DNA from: a virus
Lineage: Duplodnaviria; Caudoviricetes
Direction: 5' to 3' (one strand)
DNA length: 64,000 nt
IMG/VR virus record: IMGVR_UViG_3300037400_005963
Span: 64,001 to 128,000 of that record
Under the pieces are notes generated by a model. That model searched no databases. It was not told the DNA's origin and saw only the letters and a list, made by a program, of their open reading frames with translations. Position numbers and translations under genes: made by a program. Positions 17,972 through 28,140 of this stretch are shown one piece after another (the first letter of the stretch is position 1; each line of letters opens with the position of its first letter).

Positions 17972-19984
17972 ATGAACAAAACAGTAATACAAATACCGAA
18001 GGGAATAAGATACATCTCGGATTTTGAAGAAAAGTATGGATTTCACTTAGAAGAATACCCATATATTTTAGATAAAAAATTGCCAGGTTGTGGGTTTACT
18101 ACTTGGGTTCTCACTAACTCTCAAAATATCATTCTAGCTAGTCCTAGAAAGATGTTAATGAGAAATAAAAAGGATCAGTTAGGCGATAGTATTTTCTTAG
18201 TAAATCTTCAATCGGTTGAACTAGATATAGACAAGGATTTAAATAAAAATACAAAAAGTAGTCAATCCAATAATTATATTCCAGTTTATGATAGAGCAGA
18301 ATTAAAAGCAAATCTATCAGAGTATATGTTGAAACGACAAGCAAAACAACTCCCTTGGAAAATAGTAGTAACTTATGATTCTTATCGAAAAGTAAAGGAA
18401 CTTTTGGAGGAGTTAAATATATTTCAAGAGTTCTATACTATCGTCGATGAGATGCAGAGTTTATGGGTTGATGTACGTTTTAAGCCTAGCACTGAGATAG
18501 AGTTTGTTGAATTACTAAAGACTGTTCAAAGGGTATGCTATGTTTCTGCTACCCCCATGATGGAAGAATATTTAGATTTAGTAGACTATTTCAATGTATT
18601 ACCTTATCATGAATTCGATTGGATTACCTTGGAACCGGATAGAGTAAAGGTTCCTAATATAATACCTAGAACACTTAAAAGCATTAACTTAGCTGCAAAA
18701 TCTATTATCCTTCCATATAAAGAAGGAAAATTTGAAAGTAAACTTCTGGAGAATCCTGAAACGGGGGAGATGGTAAATATAGAGTCTAGGGAGGCAGTTA
18801 TATATATTAATTCTGTCACTAATATAATAGGTATCATTAAAGCCTGTGGATTAAAACCGGAAGAAGTAAATATTCTCTGCTCTGATACACCTAATAATGT
18901 AAAAAGAATTGAAACTAGATTGAATAAAAAGAGACAGGGAATAATATATAGCATTGGTCGTGTTCCTACTAGAAATGAACCTAGGAAGATGTTTACTTTC
19001 TGCACCAGAACTGTTTATCTTGGGGCTGATTTTTACAGTGACAATGCTAGGACATTTATTTTCAGTGACGCCAATATAGATACATTAGCAGTGGATGTTG
19101 TTCTCGATCTTCCTCAAATCTTAGGTAGACAAAGGTTAATAGAAAATCCATGGAAAGATGAAGCGACTATCTATGTAAAGCCGACTATGAGATATAAAGC
19201 GATGAGTGAAGAAGATTTTAATAAAGAACTAGAAAGAAAATTAAAAGAAACACAGGATTTATTGACTTCTTATGAGAACACTCCCGATGACGCAAAGTTA
19301 AGTTTAGTTAGTCGTCTTGAAACTATAGCTAAAGATTATAATTATCGAGATGACTATGTATCCGTCAATCGTCACGCAGGATCTCAGCCAGTCCCTGTCT
19401 TTAATAATCTTGTTGCTATTGCAGAGAAAAGAGCCTTCGATATTCAACAAAAGGATTATGTTGATCGTGTTATGATTCTTAATAGAATAGCATCCAGTGG
19501 TTTTAATATAGTTACTAGACATAATGATACAATTCAAGATTTTCTTTATAGGCTTAACGAAATAAAGGGAACACGAAATAGACTCGAATTCATCTGTAAT
19601 AACTGTTCTAAGTTTTCTAAATCAGAACAGGAGGCTATTTTTGCCGAAATTTCAACCTTTTATAGAAACTTTTATTTGGGATTAGGTCCAGACAGATGTA
19701 AAGCGCTTAGTTATAATTATACACTTCTAAATAAAGAGTATAATACTAAGTTCTTTGATGTGGATTTAGTGAAGGAAAAGATTTTAGGAAAATTTCTAGA
19801 GGGGAGTAAATATTCGACGTCGAATATAAAATCAATCCTAAAAGATCTCTACTCTGAATTAGGTTATAAAAAGACACCTAAAGCCAGTGATCTAGAGGAG
19901 TATTTTGAATTGAAAAAGATTAAGACTAAAGATCAATCTGGGAAATGGGTTAATGGTTTTGAATTATTAAAAAAGAGACTGTGA
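17972..19984 (+). CDS. Superfamily-2 helicase-like protein (origin-binding/UL9-like type)
   Basis: KLPGCGFT (variant Walker A), IVDEMQ, VSATP, TVYLGADF, QILGRQR. Confidence 0.75.
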   Translation: MNKTVIQIPKGIRYISDFEEKYGFHLEEYPYILDKKLPGCGFTTWVLTNSQNIILASPRKMLMRNKKDQLGDSIFLVNLQSVELDIDKDLNKNTKSSQSNNYIPVYDRAELKANLSEYMLKRQAKQLPWKIVVTYDSYRKVKELLEELNIFQEFYTIVDEMQSLWVDVRFKPSTEIEFVELLKTVQRVCYVSATPMMEEYLDLVDYFNVLPYHEFDWITLEPDRVKVPNIIPRTLKSINLAAKSIILPYKEGKFESKLLENPETGEMVNIESREAVIYINSVTNIIGIIKACGLKPEEVNILCSDTPNNVKRIETRLNKKRQGIIYSIGRVPTRNEPRKMFTFCTRTVYLGADFYSDNARTFIFSDANIDTLAVDVVLDLPQILGRQRLIENPWKDEATIYVKPTMRYKAMSEEDFNKELERKLKETQDLLTSYENTPDDAKLSLVSRLETIAKDYNYRDDYVSVNRHAGSQPVPVFNNLVAIAEKRAFDIQQKDYVDRVMILNRIASSGFNIVTRHNDTIQDFLYRLNEIKGTRNRLEFICNNCSKFSKSEQEAIFAEISTFYRNFYLGLGPDRCKALSYNYTLLNKEYNTKFFDVDLVKEKILGKFLEGSKYSTSNIKSILKDLYSELGYKKTPKASDLEEYFELKKIKTKDQSGKWVNGFELLKKRL

Positions 19985-20006
19985 CACCCATAGAATCCTT
20001 ATATAT

Positions 20007-20075
20007 GAAGCATATTCACTTTGTTAATACAATTTCCTAACCAAACCTGAGATGGGCTAGGTTAGGTCTTTTTTT
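20007..20075 (+). ncRNA. Candidate antisense sRNA 2 (29-nt segment + GAGAT-loop hairpin + U-tract)
   Basis: Own promoter 19997-20007; stem CCTAACC/GGTTAGG, inner CCT-GAGAT-GGG; no ORF. Confidence 0.6.
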
Positions 20076-20142
20076 GTCCCTCCCATACCCTTATATATGT
20101 GATAATTAAATTATTCTAAAAACAAACTAAAAAATAAGAAAA

Positions 20143-20706
20143 ATGAAAGAAGAATTAGCTTGGAAAATTTATAATTTTATAAATTCCTGGAAAGCAGGCA
20201 AGTTTGGAGAAATTAGCCTACAAGAGGCTTTAGACTCAAATACAGACTTTGACATTACAATTATGGGGTCAAGTATGTTGCGAGTAATTCCTTTTAAAGA
20301 ACTACTGGATTTAGTCGCAAACGTGGATTATATAGTTCACGAATCTTATCCTATTCGCTTTAAAGTAAAAAATAATGAAGAGATAGTTAATTACGAGTGT
20401 GGTATAGCTGTTTGTGACAAAAACGTAAGTGAAGATTTAATAAATGACGAACTAGAAGCACAGTATTTAACTCGTCTTGAAAATATAAAAGAGAGATCTG
20501 TACTATTGGCACAGAATCCTGATGACATGTACTATGAAGAGATAGAGAAAGACTTGAGAGAGAAATGTAATATAACGGACGATTCCATTATTATCTTTGA
20601 AGATGATGTGAGTTTTACGGGAGAAAGGCCGTACTTACTTTATGGATCAAATAAAGAATTACAGTTAATTTATGACCCGGATGACGACGAAGATATTGAG
20701 TCTTGA
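20143..20706 (+). CDS. Acidic hypothetical protein
   Basis: Promoter 20089, terminator about 20708-20749. Confidence 0.7.
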   Translation: MKEELAWKIYNFINSWKAGKFGEISLQEALDSNTDFDITIMGSSMLRVIPFKELLDLVANVDYIVHESYPIRFKVKNNEEIVNYECGIAVCDKNVSEDLINDELEAQYLTRLENIKERSVLLAQNPDDMYYEEIEKDLREKCNITDDSIIIFEDDVSFTGERPYLLYGSNKELQLIYDPDDDEDIES

Positions 20707-20796
20707 TAGGAGAAGAGGAGAGGGTTTAAACTTCTCCTTTTCTTTTTTTCATCCCCACATATCCTTATAAATGAATTAATTATAAATATTTTACAC

Positions 20797-21183
20797 ATGA
20801 AAGAAGATTTTATATACAAATTTAGTGAGGAAGATTATTTTCAGAATCACATAGATGTTTGTCATCTGAAGGAAGTTTACACGTTCGATAAGTACCTCCC
20901 AATCGATAAGATTCTTGAGATCTTCGAGGGAATTAAGAAAGAGTGGGAAGGAAAAGATGCAGAGTTTTGTTTCGATTTCTACGATACCGATGACAGTGTG
21001 ACGCTTAGTGCTAAATACTGGGAACCGGAAACAGAGGAACAATTCACTAATAGACGAGCGAAAGAACTTTTTGATAAGCAGCAGGAGATTAATAAATTGA
21101 AATATCTAATGCTGACTTATCCAGATTATGCAGAAAATTTTATGAAAACTATTAAATCTGAGAAAGATGAAGATAACAATTAA
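20797..21183 (+). CDS. Hypothetical protein
   Basis: First gene after promoter 20763. Confidence 0.65.
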   Translation: MKEDFIYKFSEEDYFQNHIDVCHLKEVYTFDKYLPIDKILEIFEGIKKEWEGKDAEFCFDFYDTDDSVTLSAKYWEPETEEQFTNRRAKELFDKQQEINKLKYLMLTYPDYAENFMKTIKSEKDEDNN

Positions 21184-21352
21184 ACTTCAGGTTGAAATGG
21201 AATTCGACAGCTCTTTATCAGCTTTCCTTGATTTTGACGAACCAGGGAAAGAGGAGTTAAAAGAGATGGTAAAAGATTCCGTTGAGGATTATTTCTTATC
21301 TGAATGCATTGGCTATCAGAATGAGAATAAACTTAAAGTAACTGTGACGTAA
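21167..21352 (+). CDS. Hypothetical protein
   Basis: ORF track, overlaps neighbours. Confidence 0.55.
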   Translation: MKITIKLQVEMEFDSSLSAFLDFDEPGKEELKEMVKDSVEDYFLSECIGYQNENKLKVTVT

Positions 21353-21615
21353 TGGTCCTATACTTTATAATATCCCTGATAAACGTATTCTTACATATAG
21401 TTAGAAGTATTTTAGTAATTAAAGCAGGAAAATTCGTAGCTTCTCTGTCTAATTGCATCTGTTATACCTTCTCGGCTGTGGTAATAAAATTCATTGCCGA
21501 AAGTGACTTAATGGTTGCAATAATAGTACAGGCGACAACTAACTTCTTTGGTTGTTACTTAGCTATGATATTCTGCGATAAAATATTAAAGAAAAAACAC
21601 AATGAAGAATTTTAA
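21352..21615 (+). CDS. Small three-helix membrane protein
   Basis: Hydrophobic segments; TAATG coupling. Confidence 0.6.
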   Translation: MVLYFIISLINVFLHIVRSILVIKAGKFVASLSNCICYTFSAVVIKFIAESDLMVAIIVQATTNFFGCYLAMIFCDKILKKKHNEEF

Positions 21616-21913
21616 AGATTTTAAAGAGCGATTGAAAGTATGTTGGCATGTGCTAACTAAACAGAATTACGCATTTTTTGCAGTAAATGAAAATGCACTG
21701 GTCTTTGATGATAATGGTAACTACGATCACGTTCATGAAAGTGGAGTAGCGTCATATTCAAGTGTCCTTAACTCTTGGTTTTATAAGACTAGTGATGGAA
21801 AAAAGAAAACCTTCGGGTGGTTTTTCTGGGGATCTATTAAAGATTTCGCACAGTCGGAGGAACAAAAATACGAAGAGTCCGATGGAAACAGACGATCTGA
21901 AGAATCTGATTGA
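21602..21913 (+). CDS. Hypothetical protein
   Basis: ORF track. Confidence 0.6.
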   Translation: MKNFKDFKERLKVCWHVLTKQNYAFFAVNENALVFDDNGNYDHVHESGVASYSSVLNSWFYKTSDGKKKTFGWFFWGSIKDFAQSEEQKYEESDGNRRSEESD

Positions 21914-22232
21914 TGAACTTTGGGAACGACGACAATCTGAGCCGAAAACATCAATAAAGATCGAAGATGGCGAGGAAGAGAGTAGATTAAAAGTTATCTA
22001 TGCCGCAGGAGTGATTGATTACTTGATAAAGAGTAGTAAAGAAAATCGAATTCGTGAAGAGAAGATCATTCAAGCTACCTGCGATTGGATAAGGAAGCAT
22101 GATTATTTTGGAAAAGATCATGCTAAAACAGTAATCGAAGTCTACAAAAATTACATTCGAGAGATAATTAATTGTCTATTGAATGAAATTAAAGTACAAG
22201 GAGATCTAAGAGATGATAAGGAAAGACGATGA
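21882..22232 (+). CDS. Hypothetical protein (start moved to METDDL)
   Basis: The track start overlaps the upstream gene by 150 nt. Confidence 0.55.
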   Translation: METDDLKNLIDELWERRQSEPKTSIKIEDGEEESRLKVIYAAGVIDYLIKSSKENRIREEKIIQATCDWIRKHDYFGKDHAKTVIEVYKNYIREIINCLLNEIKVQGDLRDDKERR

Positions 22233-22341
22233 ATATTTCGGACTATCATAGAAAACAAAACGAAAGAGAAGAACGGCAGGGATTATCTTGCTTAGGTTGG
22301 ATTTTCCTTGCTTTCCTAGTATACTGTTTAATTATATTATT

Positions 22342-22572
22342 ATGAAAAATAAAAAGAAAAGAGATAGAGGAATAGCTTTTGGAAAGATATGGACAAAAGA
22401 GGATGATGGATTTTGGAGTATCGAATTCCGCTTCCTACCTAGCATCACATTATATCTGAACGGCTATAAATTTAAAGGCGGCGTTGATGATTATCAGCTT
22501 ACCTTTAGTTGGCTGTTATGGTATGTACAGCTCTACTCATTTGAAGTAGAAGATTGGGAGGACGAGGTATGA
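22342..22572 (+). CDS. Hypothetical Trp-rich protein (start moved to MKNKKK)
   Basis: A/T-rich start context. Confidence 0.55.
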   Translation: MKNKKKRDRGIAFGKIWTKEDDGFWSIEFRFLPSITLYLNGYKFKGGVDDYQLTFSWLLWYVQLYSFEVEDWEDEV

Positions 22573-22657
22573 ATGATTACAAAAAGATCATTAAGTGTAT
22601 AGGATTTTTCCTCTTGGGATTATTAATTGGTTATTTAATAATTAATCTAATAATATT

Positions 22658-23464
22658 ATGACAGAAGAAGAAAGAAAATTAGTACTTAAGGATATATGTT
22701 CGAGGTTACCGTATGATATTATTGTTAAAGATGAGTATGGCGACTATATAGAAGTAAACATCTATACAGCAAATCTTGAACATTTAATAGATAGAGTGTC
22801 AGAAGGTATTGTTAAAATGGTTCTTCGCCCAATGTCAAGCATGACGGATGAGGAAAAGAAAGAATTTGAAGAGATTTTTAAAGGTTCTTTTCAATATTTC
22901 AATAGCAGTATAATATCTGACAGCCGAATATATGATAGAAATGAGGCAGTATTTGTCGGAGAGGAAAAATGTGGAGAACTTATTGATTGGCTCAATAAGA
23001 AAATGTTTGATTTCAGAAGACTTATCCTTAAAGATCTTGCATTAAGTACAGAAGAGTATAACCCTTATGTTGAAAATAAAGATATGAAACAAGAACATAA
23101 ATTTAAAGTTGGTGACCGAATTACTAATGGTCGATATACAAGACTTGTTGTGGGTATTAATTCTGATCATCCTTGGTATATGTTCAAAGATGGCACATCA
23201 AAGCGTATAAGGGATATTGATAAAAAATATTATCTAATAGAAAATAAAGATTTAAAGACTATGGATAAAGAAACCGCACTCCAGGCAGCAAATCTTATGT
23301 ATGACATTGAACATACCGAAGAATTAATTGATGATCTTAACGATATGATAGCAACTAAGGAGTATTTAAATACTACTTCCTATCTCGTAAGAATTCTCAG
23401 TGATGCTTGTCAGAGATGTAGAGAGTATAAAAAACAATTAGAAGAAGAACTTGAAAAATTATAG
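22658..23464 (+). CDS. Paralog family A protein fused to two further modules
   Basis: KDICSRLPY...LRPMSSMT...KMFD...KDLALSTEEYNPY, then a KFKVGD module, then MDKETAL...EELEKL. Confidence 0.7.
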   Translation: MTEEERKLVLKDICSRLPYDIIVKDEYGDYIEVNIYTANLEHLIDRVSEGIVKMVLRPMSSMTDEEKKEFEEIFKGSFQYFNSSIISDSRIYDRNEAVFVGEEKCGELIDWLNKKMFDFRRLILKDLALSTEEYNPYVENKDMKQEHKFKVGDRITNGRYTRLVVGINSDHPWYMFKDGTSKRIRDIDKKYYLIENKDLKTMDKETALQAANLMYDIEHTEELIDDLNDMIATKEYLNTTSYLVRILSDACQRCREYKKQLEEELEKL

Positions 23465-23466
23465 AT

Positions 23467-23685
23467 ATGACGGAGAAAGATAAAAAAGCAAAACAGAGAG
23501 TAGACGATGAAGTAGATCTTAGAATAAAAATATCTAAACTTCTAAGAGACTTCTCGAAAAAATACGATGTTGAATTAACTCACATTGATATAAGAAAAAA
23601 TGAGTTCTATCCAAGTACATCGGGTTCACAACCTCCGATGTATGTTATGGATCTATACTGGAGATTCGATTATCTTGGTCATTAA
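23467..23685 (+). CDS. Hypothetical protein
   Basis: ORF track. Confidence 0.55.
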   Translation: MTEKDKKAKQRVDDEVDLRIKISKLLRDFSKKYDVELTHIDIRKNEFYPSTSGSQPPMYVMDLYWRFDYLGH

Positions 23686-23699
23686 AGAAGAAACTTTAT

Positions 23700-24140
23700 A
23701 TGAAATCAGAAGAAAGCATGAAACTAGAAGAAAAAGAACTATTACTTCGAGACCTTTGTGGGAGATTACCTTATCAAGTTAAAGTAAGTGTAAATGGCGG
23801 TAAAGAGCCATGGACTTTAAGGGGCATGTTTGAAGGTGATCATACTGGTATGGTGTTAATTTTAGAGCCGCCATTTCCATCAAAAGATGTGTATCCAAAA
23901 ACATCAAATTGGCAGTTATCACAATGTAAACCCTACCTCCGTCCAATGGAAAGTATGAAGTTGGAAGAATATTATGAACTTGAAGAATTAGTTAGAACAG
24001 AAAATTCAAATTTAAATCTTGATGATACTACTGCAAGAGTTACAATTGACTGGTTCAACAAGAATATGTTTGATTACCGAGGTCTCATTCCTAAAGACCT
24101 TGCATTAAGTACAGAAGAGTATAACCCTTATAAAAAATAA
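23700..24140 (+). CDS. Paralog family A protein
   Basis: DLCGRLPY...PYLRPMESM...MFDYRGLIPKDLALSTEEYNPY. Confidence 0.75.
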   Translation: MKSEESMKLEEKELLLRDLCGRLPYQVKVSVNGGKEPWTLRGMFEGDHTGMVLILEPPFPSKDVYPKTSNWQLSQCKPYLRPMESMKLEEYYELEELVRTENSNLNLDDTTARVTIDWFNKNMFDYRGLIPKDLALSTEEYNPYKK

Positions 24141-24144
24141 AATT

Positions 24145-24621
24145 ATGGGAAAAGAAGTTAAAATAACCCCTCCAGAGGGATATGAAATTGATAAAGAAAA
24201 CTCTACTTTTGAGTGTATTAAATTTAAACCTGTTGCAAAAAAGAAGTGGAGAGGTGCTTATGACTCATTAGTTAGCGGATATCTTATAGAGACTGATTCT
24301 AATATACGTCATTGGACAGATCTTAGTGAAGGTGGCGAGAATATTAATATCTTTGCTACCGAGAAACAAGCCAAGTCTGCCCTTGCTATGGCACAAATTA
24401 GTCAAATCATGGCTAATGATGATAGATTTGGTGGTGTTGTTACTGAAGAAGAGTGGAAAGATACAACTCTTAAATTTGTAATTAATAGAGTAAGAAACAC
24501 AATAAATAAAGCTGCTTTTGGAGATAGCTATGAGTTTCTTTCTTTTCACACTCAAGAACAACGTGATTTATTCCTCGAAGAAAACGAGGACTTGATTAAA
24601 GATTATTTAATGATTGATTAA
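24145..24621 (+). CDS. Hypothetical phage protein
   Basis: ORF track. Confidence 0.65.
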   Translation: MGKEVKITPPEGYEIDKENSTFECIKFKPVAKKKWRGAYDSLVSGYLIETDSNIRHWTDLSEGGENINIFATEKQAKSALAMAQISQIMANDDRFGGVVTEEEWKDTTLKFVINRVRNTINKAAFGDSYEFLSFHTQEQRDLFLEENEDLIKDYLMID

Positions 24622-25051
24622 TATGAGACCAAGAGAATTAATGATTGGAGATTATGTCATTCGTAAGAATGTACCGAATGAAATCTTGATAGTTGACACG
24701 ATAGATTCAATCAGAGATATAGTGTATCTTGATTTGGATGGGTTGGGTATAACTGAAAAGATAGAAAACATTGAACCTATTCCGCTCACAGCTGAAATCC
24801 TTGAGAAGAATGGGTTTACAGGAGGTGAGTATAAAAGTTGGACGGGAGACGTTTGGTACTTAGAAGAGGAGGGATTCAGAAAAATAGGCTTGACTATGAG
24901 CAGAAAAGAGTCAACGTTGTGGGGAGAGAAAATAAAACCCCTCTATCCAGATTCTATCGGCCATAAGTTTGCAGTACCAAATATCAAATTTGTTCATCAA
25001 CTTCAACACTCGCTAAGGCTGTGTGGTATTAATAAGGAGATTGAGATATGA
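24614..25051 (+). CDS. Paralog family B protein (loosely YopX-like)
   Basis: ELMIGD...IEPIPLT.EILEKNGF...VHQLQHSLRLCGINKEI. Confidence 0.7.
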   Translation: MINMRPRELMIGDYVIRKNVPNEILIVDTIDSIRDIVYLDLDGLGITEKIENIEPIPLTAEILEKNGFTGGEYKSWTGDVWYLEEEGFRKIGLTMSRKESTLWGEKIKPLYPDSIGHKFAVPNIKFVHQLQHSLRLCGINKEIEI

Positions 25052-25227
25052 AACTATTACAAATTATTTGTGGATTATTTGGACATAAGTGGGCATTCTA
25101 CACTAAAGGACAGATGTGTAAGCGATGCGGCAAAAAGAAAAACATGGATAAATGGTACTACGAAATTAAAGAAGACAATAAACAAAACGAACAGATTATT
25201 AAACTTCAAGATTATGGAGAAATTTAA
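25048..25227 (+). CDS. Small Cys/His protein, DUF1660-like (not in track)
   Basis: MKLLQIICGLFGHKW...CKRCG. Confidence 0.55.
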   Translation: MKLLQIICGLFGHKWAFYTKGQMCKRCGKKKNMDKWYYEIKEDNKQNEQIIKLQDYGEI

Positions 25228-25978
25228 TGTAGCAAATTTTTTAGAGAACGCTCCTATAGGACTTGTACTATATTCAAAGTTCTTAGGTGAGCAGGTAGAG
25301 TTCAATAAGGTTATTCTTCATGAGTTCTCAGAGTATGAAGGTTCTCAGCATATCATTGAGTGTCTCAAGTATGATAATGATGGCAATCTTGATGATGAGA
25401 AGGTATTCTTTGATGCTTATGGGAGAATTAAGACAAGTTTCTACGGGAATATCATTGGTACTGATGTTGACCTGATGCCTGACGATGTAAATGAATGGAA
25501 TGATGCTGGTATCTGCGCACTTATTAGTGAAAATTCTATGTGTGTCGACAAGGTGCTCATGGATAGGTTTGACCCAGATGATGATTTAGAATCTCCTTGG
25601 TTCATTGGTAATACTGCTATGTGGAGTTTTGATAATGCATTCGACAATGACTGGTCAAGTGTAAGATTCCATAAGTTTGACTTTAGCAATGTTCGCTTTG
25701 CCACTGAAGAGGAGACTCAAGAATTTTTTGATATATTACATAAGTATGGTTCTGATTTCAAGGATGGTAAGCCAATTAAAGATGGTAAGGATGCTGAACC
25801 AGAATGCAGAAATGCTGATAAAGAACAATTCTTTAATGCGCTGACCGATATATGTGACGCTTGGAAAGGAACAATTCCTGACCATGACTTCCAGGAAGTA
25901 CTATTCAAATTTGATACAGAGGTGGTTTTACCGGAACTTAAGAAAGCATTTGGTTGGAACTCTGAAATCATAAAATAA
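25214..25978 (+). CDS. Acidic hypothetical protein (start moved to MEKFNV)
   Basis: ORF track. Confidence 0.65.
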   Translation: MEKFNVANFLENAPIGLVLYSKFLGEQVEFNKVILHEFSEYEGSQHIIECLKYDNDGNLDDEKVFFDAYGRIKTSFYGNIIGTDVDLMPDDVNEWNDAGICALISENSMCVDKVLMDRFDPDDDLESPWFIGNTAMWSFDNAFDNDWSSVRFHKFDFSNVRFATEEETQEFFDILHKYGSDFKDGKPIKDGKDAEPECRNADKEQFFNALTDICDAWKGTIPDHDFQEVLFKFDTEVVLPELKKAFGWNSEIIK

Positions 25979-25988
25979 AGATTGAGAT

Positions 25989-26225
25989 ATGACATTTATA
26001 ATTATTTCATTAGCAATTGGTGTTGCATATTTTGGCCTTTACTGGTTAATTTCAGAGGAGATTAAAGACCATAAATATGAAGTTATGAATAAGCTCAAAT
26101 TGATTGAGAAACAGAATAATCTGTTACGAGAAGAAGTCAACGAGTTACGATCCCAGCTTGATGACACGTGGACAGATGTAAAGGTGATTAAGAATAATGT
26201 TAAGAATAATATTAATAAGGAATGA
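25989..26225 (+). CDS. Membrane-anchored coiled-coil protein
   Basis: N-terminal TM helix plus heptads. Confidence 0.6.
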   Translation: MTFIIISLAIGVAYFGLYWLISEEIKDHKYEVMNKLKLIEKQNNLLREEVNELRSQLDDTWTDVKVIKNNVKNNINKE

Positions 26226-26398
26226 CACAAGAACAAAAAGAAAAAATACGCAATATATTATATAATAACAAGTGTATTGCTGATTATAAAGAAGAAGATC
26301 CCTTTGTTGGAATATACTTCAGTGACTTGATTGACTTATTAGAAGATTATAAACTTGACTTAATAAATGCGATAGATTATGAACCAAGACCAATTTAA
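26222..26398 (+). CDS. 58-aa hypothetical protein (not in track)
   Basis: MTQEQKEKIR..., ATGA overlap. Confidence 0.5.
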   Translation: MTQEQKEKIRNILYNNKCIADYKEEDPFVGIYFSDLIDLLEDYKLDLINAIDYEPRPI

Positions 26399-26416
26399 TG
26401 AAATAAAGATTGAGAT

Positions 26417-26656
26417 ATGAAACTTATAACATATATATATGCTATAATTATATGTTCTATATTATCTCTTATTGTAATAATGCTTCTTATTATCGGCTTT
26501 CCATTTGCTGTTATTGTTGAAGTTATAACTTTTATTAAAGAAGCTATTTCAGAGGATGGATTTGAACATGGTGTTTGGCTTAAGCTATGTAAAGATTGTT
26601 TTATGTACATTAAACACGTGTATTGTTTAATTATTAATAGTCCTTATGAAGATTAA
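26417..26656 (+). CDS. Membrane protein
   Basis: Long hydrophobic N-terminus. Confidence 0.55.
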   Translation: MKLITYIYAIIICSILSLIVIMLLIIGFPFAVIVEVITFIKEAISEDGFEHGVWLKLCKDCFMYIKHVYCLIINSPYED

Positions 26657-26659
26657 GAT

Positions 26660-27043
26660 ATGAAAAGTTATACTAACATAGAAGAATCAAAGAAGTTGGC
26701 TGAGATACTGCCACCTGAGAGTGCAGATATGTGTTGGGGCATAAGTGATGAAACATTAAAATGGAAAACATTTCCATATTTATTGCCTTGGCGTGATTAT
26801 ACAGCAAAGGAACATTATCTTCCCTGTTGGTCACTTGCTGCACTGCTTGACCAATTAGATGATGTGATATGTGACAAAAATGGATATGAATATAAATTAG
26901 AGATCATTAAAGAAGGTGTGCAGTATTATTTAGTTTATGAGGGGATGCTTGATGCTGCATGTTATGAAACTTCTGTATTTGATGATCTCATTGATGCTTG
27001 CATTGAAATGATTTTTATACTTAAAGAAAAAGATTTAATATGA
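26660..27043 (+). CDS. Paralog family C protein
   Basis: T.IE.SKKL...ADM.W...P.WSLAALL...LKEKDL, shared with 27216. Confidence 0.7.
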   Translation: MKSYTNIEESKKLAEILPPESADMCWGISDETLKWKTFPYLLPWRDYTAKEHYLPCWSLAALLDQLDDVICDKNGYEYKLEIIKEGVQYYLVYEGMLDAACYETSVFDDLIDACIEMIFILKEKDLI

Positions 27044-27215
27044 AGATAAAATACATGAAAGGTAAAAGAAACAGATATAAATTTCCAATAGGTATTTATA
27101 TTTCTAAAATTCCTATTTATCCTTTAAATGATGGTAAGATTGAAAGTTATCATAAAAATATGAGAACAATAAACTTTAGAATTAAAAGAAATGTTTATAC
27201 TATTTTTATAAAAAT

Positions 27216-27566
27216 ATGAACAAGATTTGCACAGACATAGAACAATCTAAGAAACTTATTGAGTTAGGCATTGATGTCAATACTGCGGATATGATGTGGG
27301 ATGATTGGAGTCTTATTGATGAAGGATGGAAATCAATTGTTGGTTACTATCCTGAAATCGAAAAAGATTATGGAAGAAAATGCTATCCTGCTTGGTCGCT
27401 TGCGGCATTGCTTGAACAATTTGAAGATACAGTGGGATTAGCAAAAGATTATGGATTATGGTTTTGCTATGATAACAGAAAATCATATTGTTCAAAGCAT
27501 TATGATAACCCTGTTGATGCTGCTGTTGAAATGTTTAATAAACTCAAAGAAAAAGATTTGTTATGA
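27216..27566 (+). CDS. Paralog family C protein
   Basis: Same motifs as 26660..27043. Confidence 0.7.
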   Translation: MNKICTDIEQSKKLIELGIDVNTADMMWDDWSLIDEGWKSIVGYYPEIEKDYGRKCYPAWSLAALLEQFEDTVGLAKDYGLWFCYDNRKSYCSKHYDNPVDAAVEMFNKLKEKDLL

Positions 27567-27739
27567 AACCAGAAGAAGAAATCAAACAAGAACAGGATAA
27601 TATTGCCCGTGCTAGAATTATGGCATGTAAACAGTGCAGATATTATTATACTGGATGCATGTTTTTTGGCTGTTGTGCAATTTATAATTATCATATGCAA
27701 CAGATTCATGAACTTGAAAAAGAAAGAAAATCAAAATGA
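27563..27739 (+). CDS. Small Cys-rich protein (not in track)
   Basis: MKPEEEIK...CKQC...C...CC; ATGA overlaps on both sides. Confidence 0.5.
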   Translation: MKPEEEIKQEQDNIARARIMACKQCRYYYTGCMFFGCCAIYNYHMQQIHELEKERKSK

Positions 27740-28137
27740 CAAGAGAAGAAAAAGACTTGGTACTCCATGACCTCTGTGCGAGGTTGCCTTATAGGGTAAT
27801 TGGAGAATATTCTTGGAAAGGAAATGAACCTTATAATAGAGAATTAACAGGTTCTCTATTTGACGAATTAAAATCTTCATGGGATTCGACGGAAGACAGT
27901 GAATTTTTGCCTTACCTCCGTCCAATGTCAAGTATGACCGAGGAAGAGAAGAAAGAATATCAATCTCTATGTGTAATACATTCTGACCATGATGCTGATG
28001 ATAATGTCACTTATTATTATTTTGATACCGTTGAGTCGTTTGACTATCTTAATAAGAATATGTTTGACTACCGAGGTCTCATTGATAAAGACCTTGCATT
28101 AAGTACTGAGATATATAACCCTTATTATAAAGATTGA
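27736..28137 (+). CDS. Paralog family A protein
   Basis: DLCARLPY...PYLRPMSSMT...MFDYRGLIDKDLALST. Confidence 0.75.
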   Translation: MTREEKDLVLHDLCARLPYRVIGEYSWKGNEPYNRELTGSLFDELKSSWDSTEDSEFLPYLRPMSSMTEEEKKEYQSLCVIHSDHDADDNVTYYYFDTVESFDYLNKNMFDYRGLIDKDLALSTEIYNPYYKD

Positions 28138-28140
28138 ATT

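Noticed and set aside
23060-28125. CCTTAT boxes at the 3' ends of family A genes as promoters
   Set aside because: They encode the conserved NPY peptide, and the downstream spacing fits the promoter consensus inconsistently
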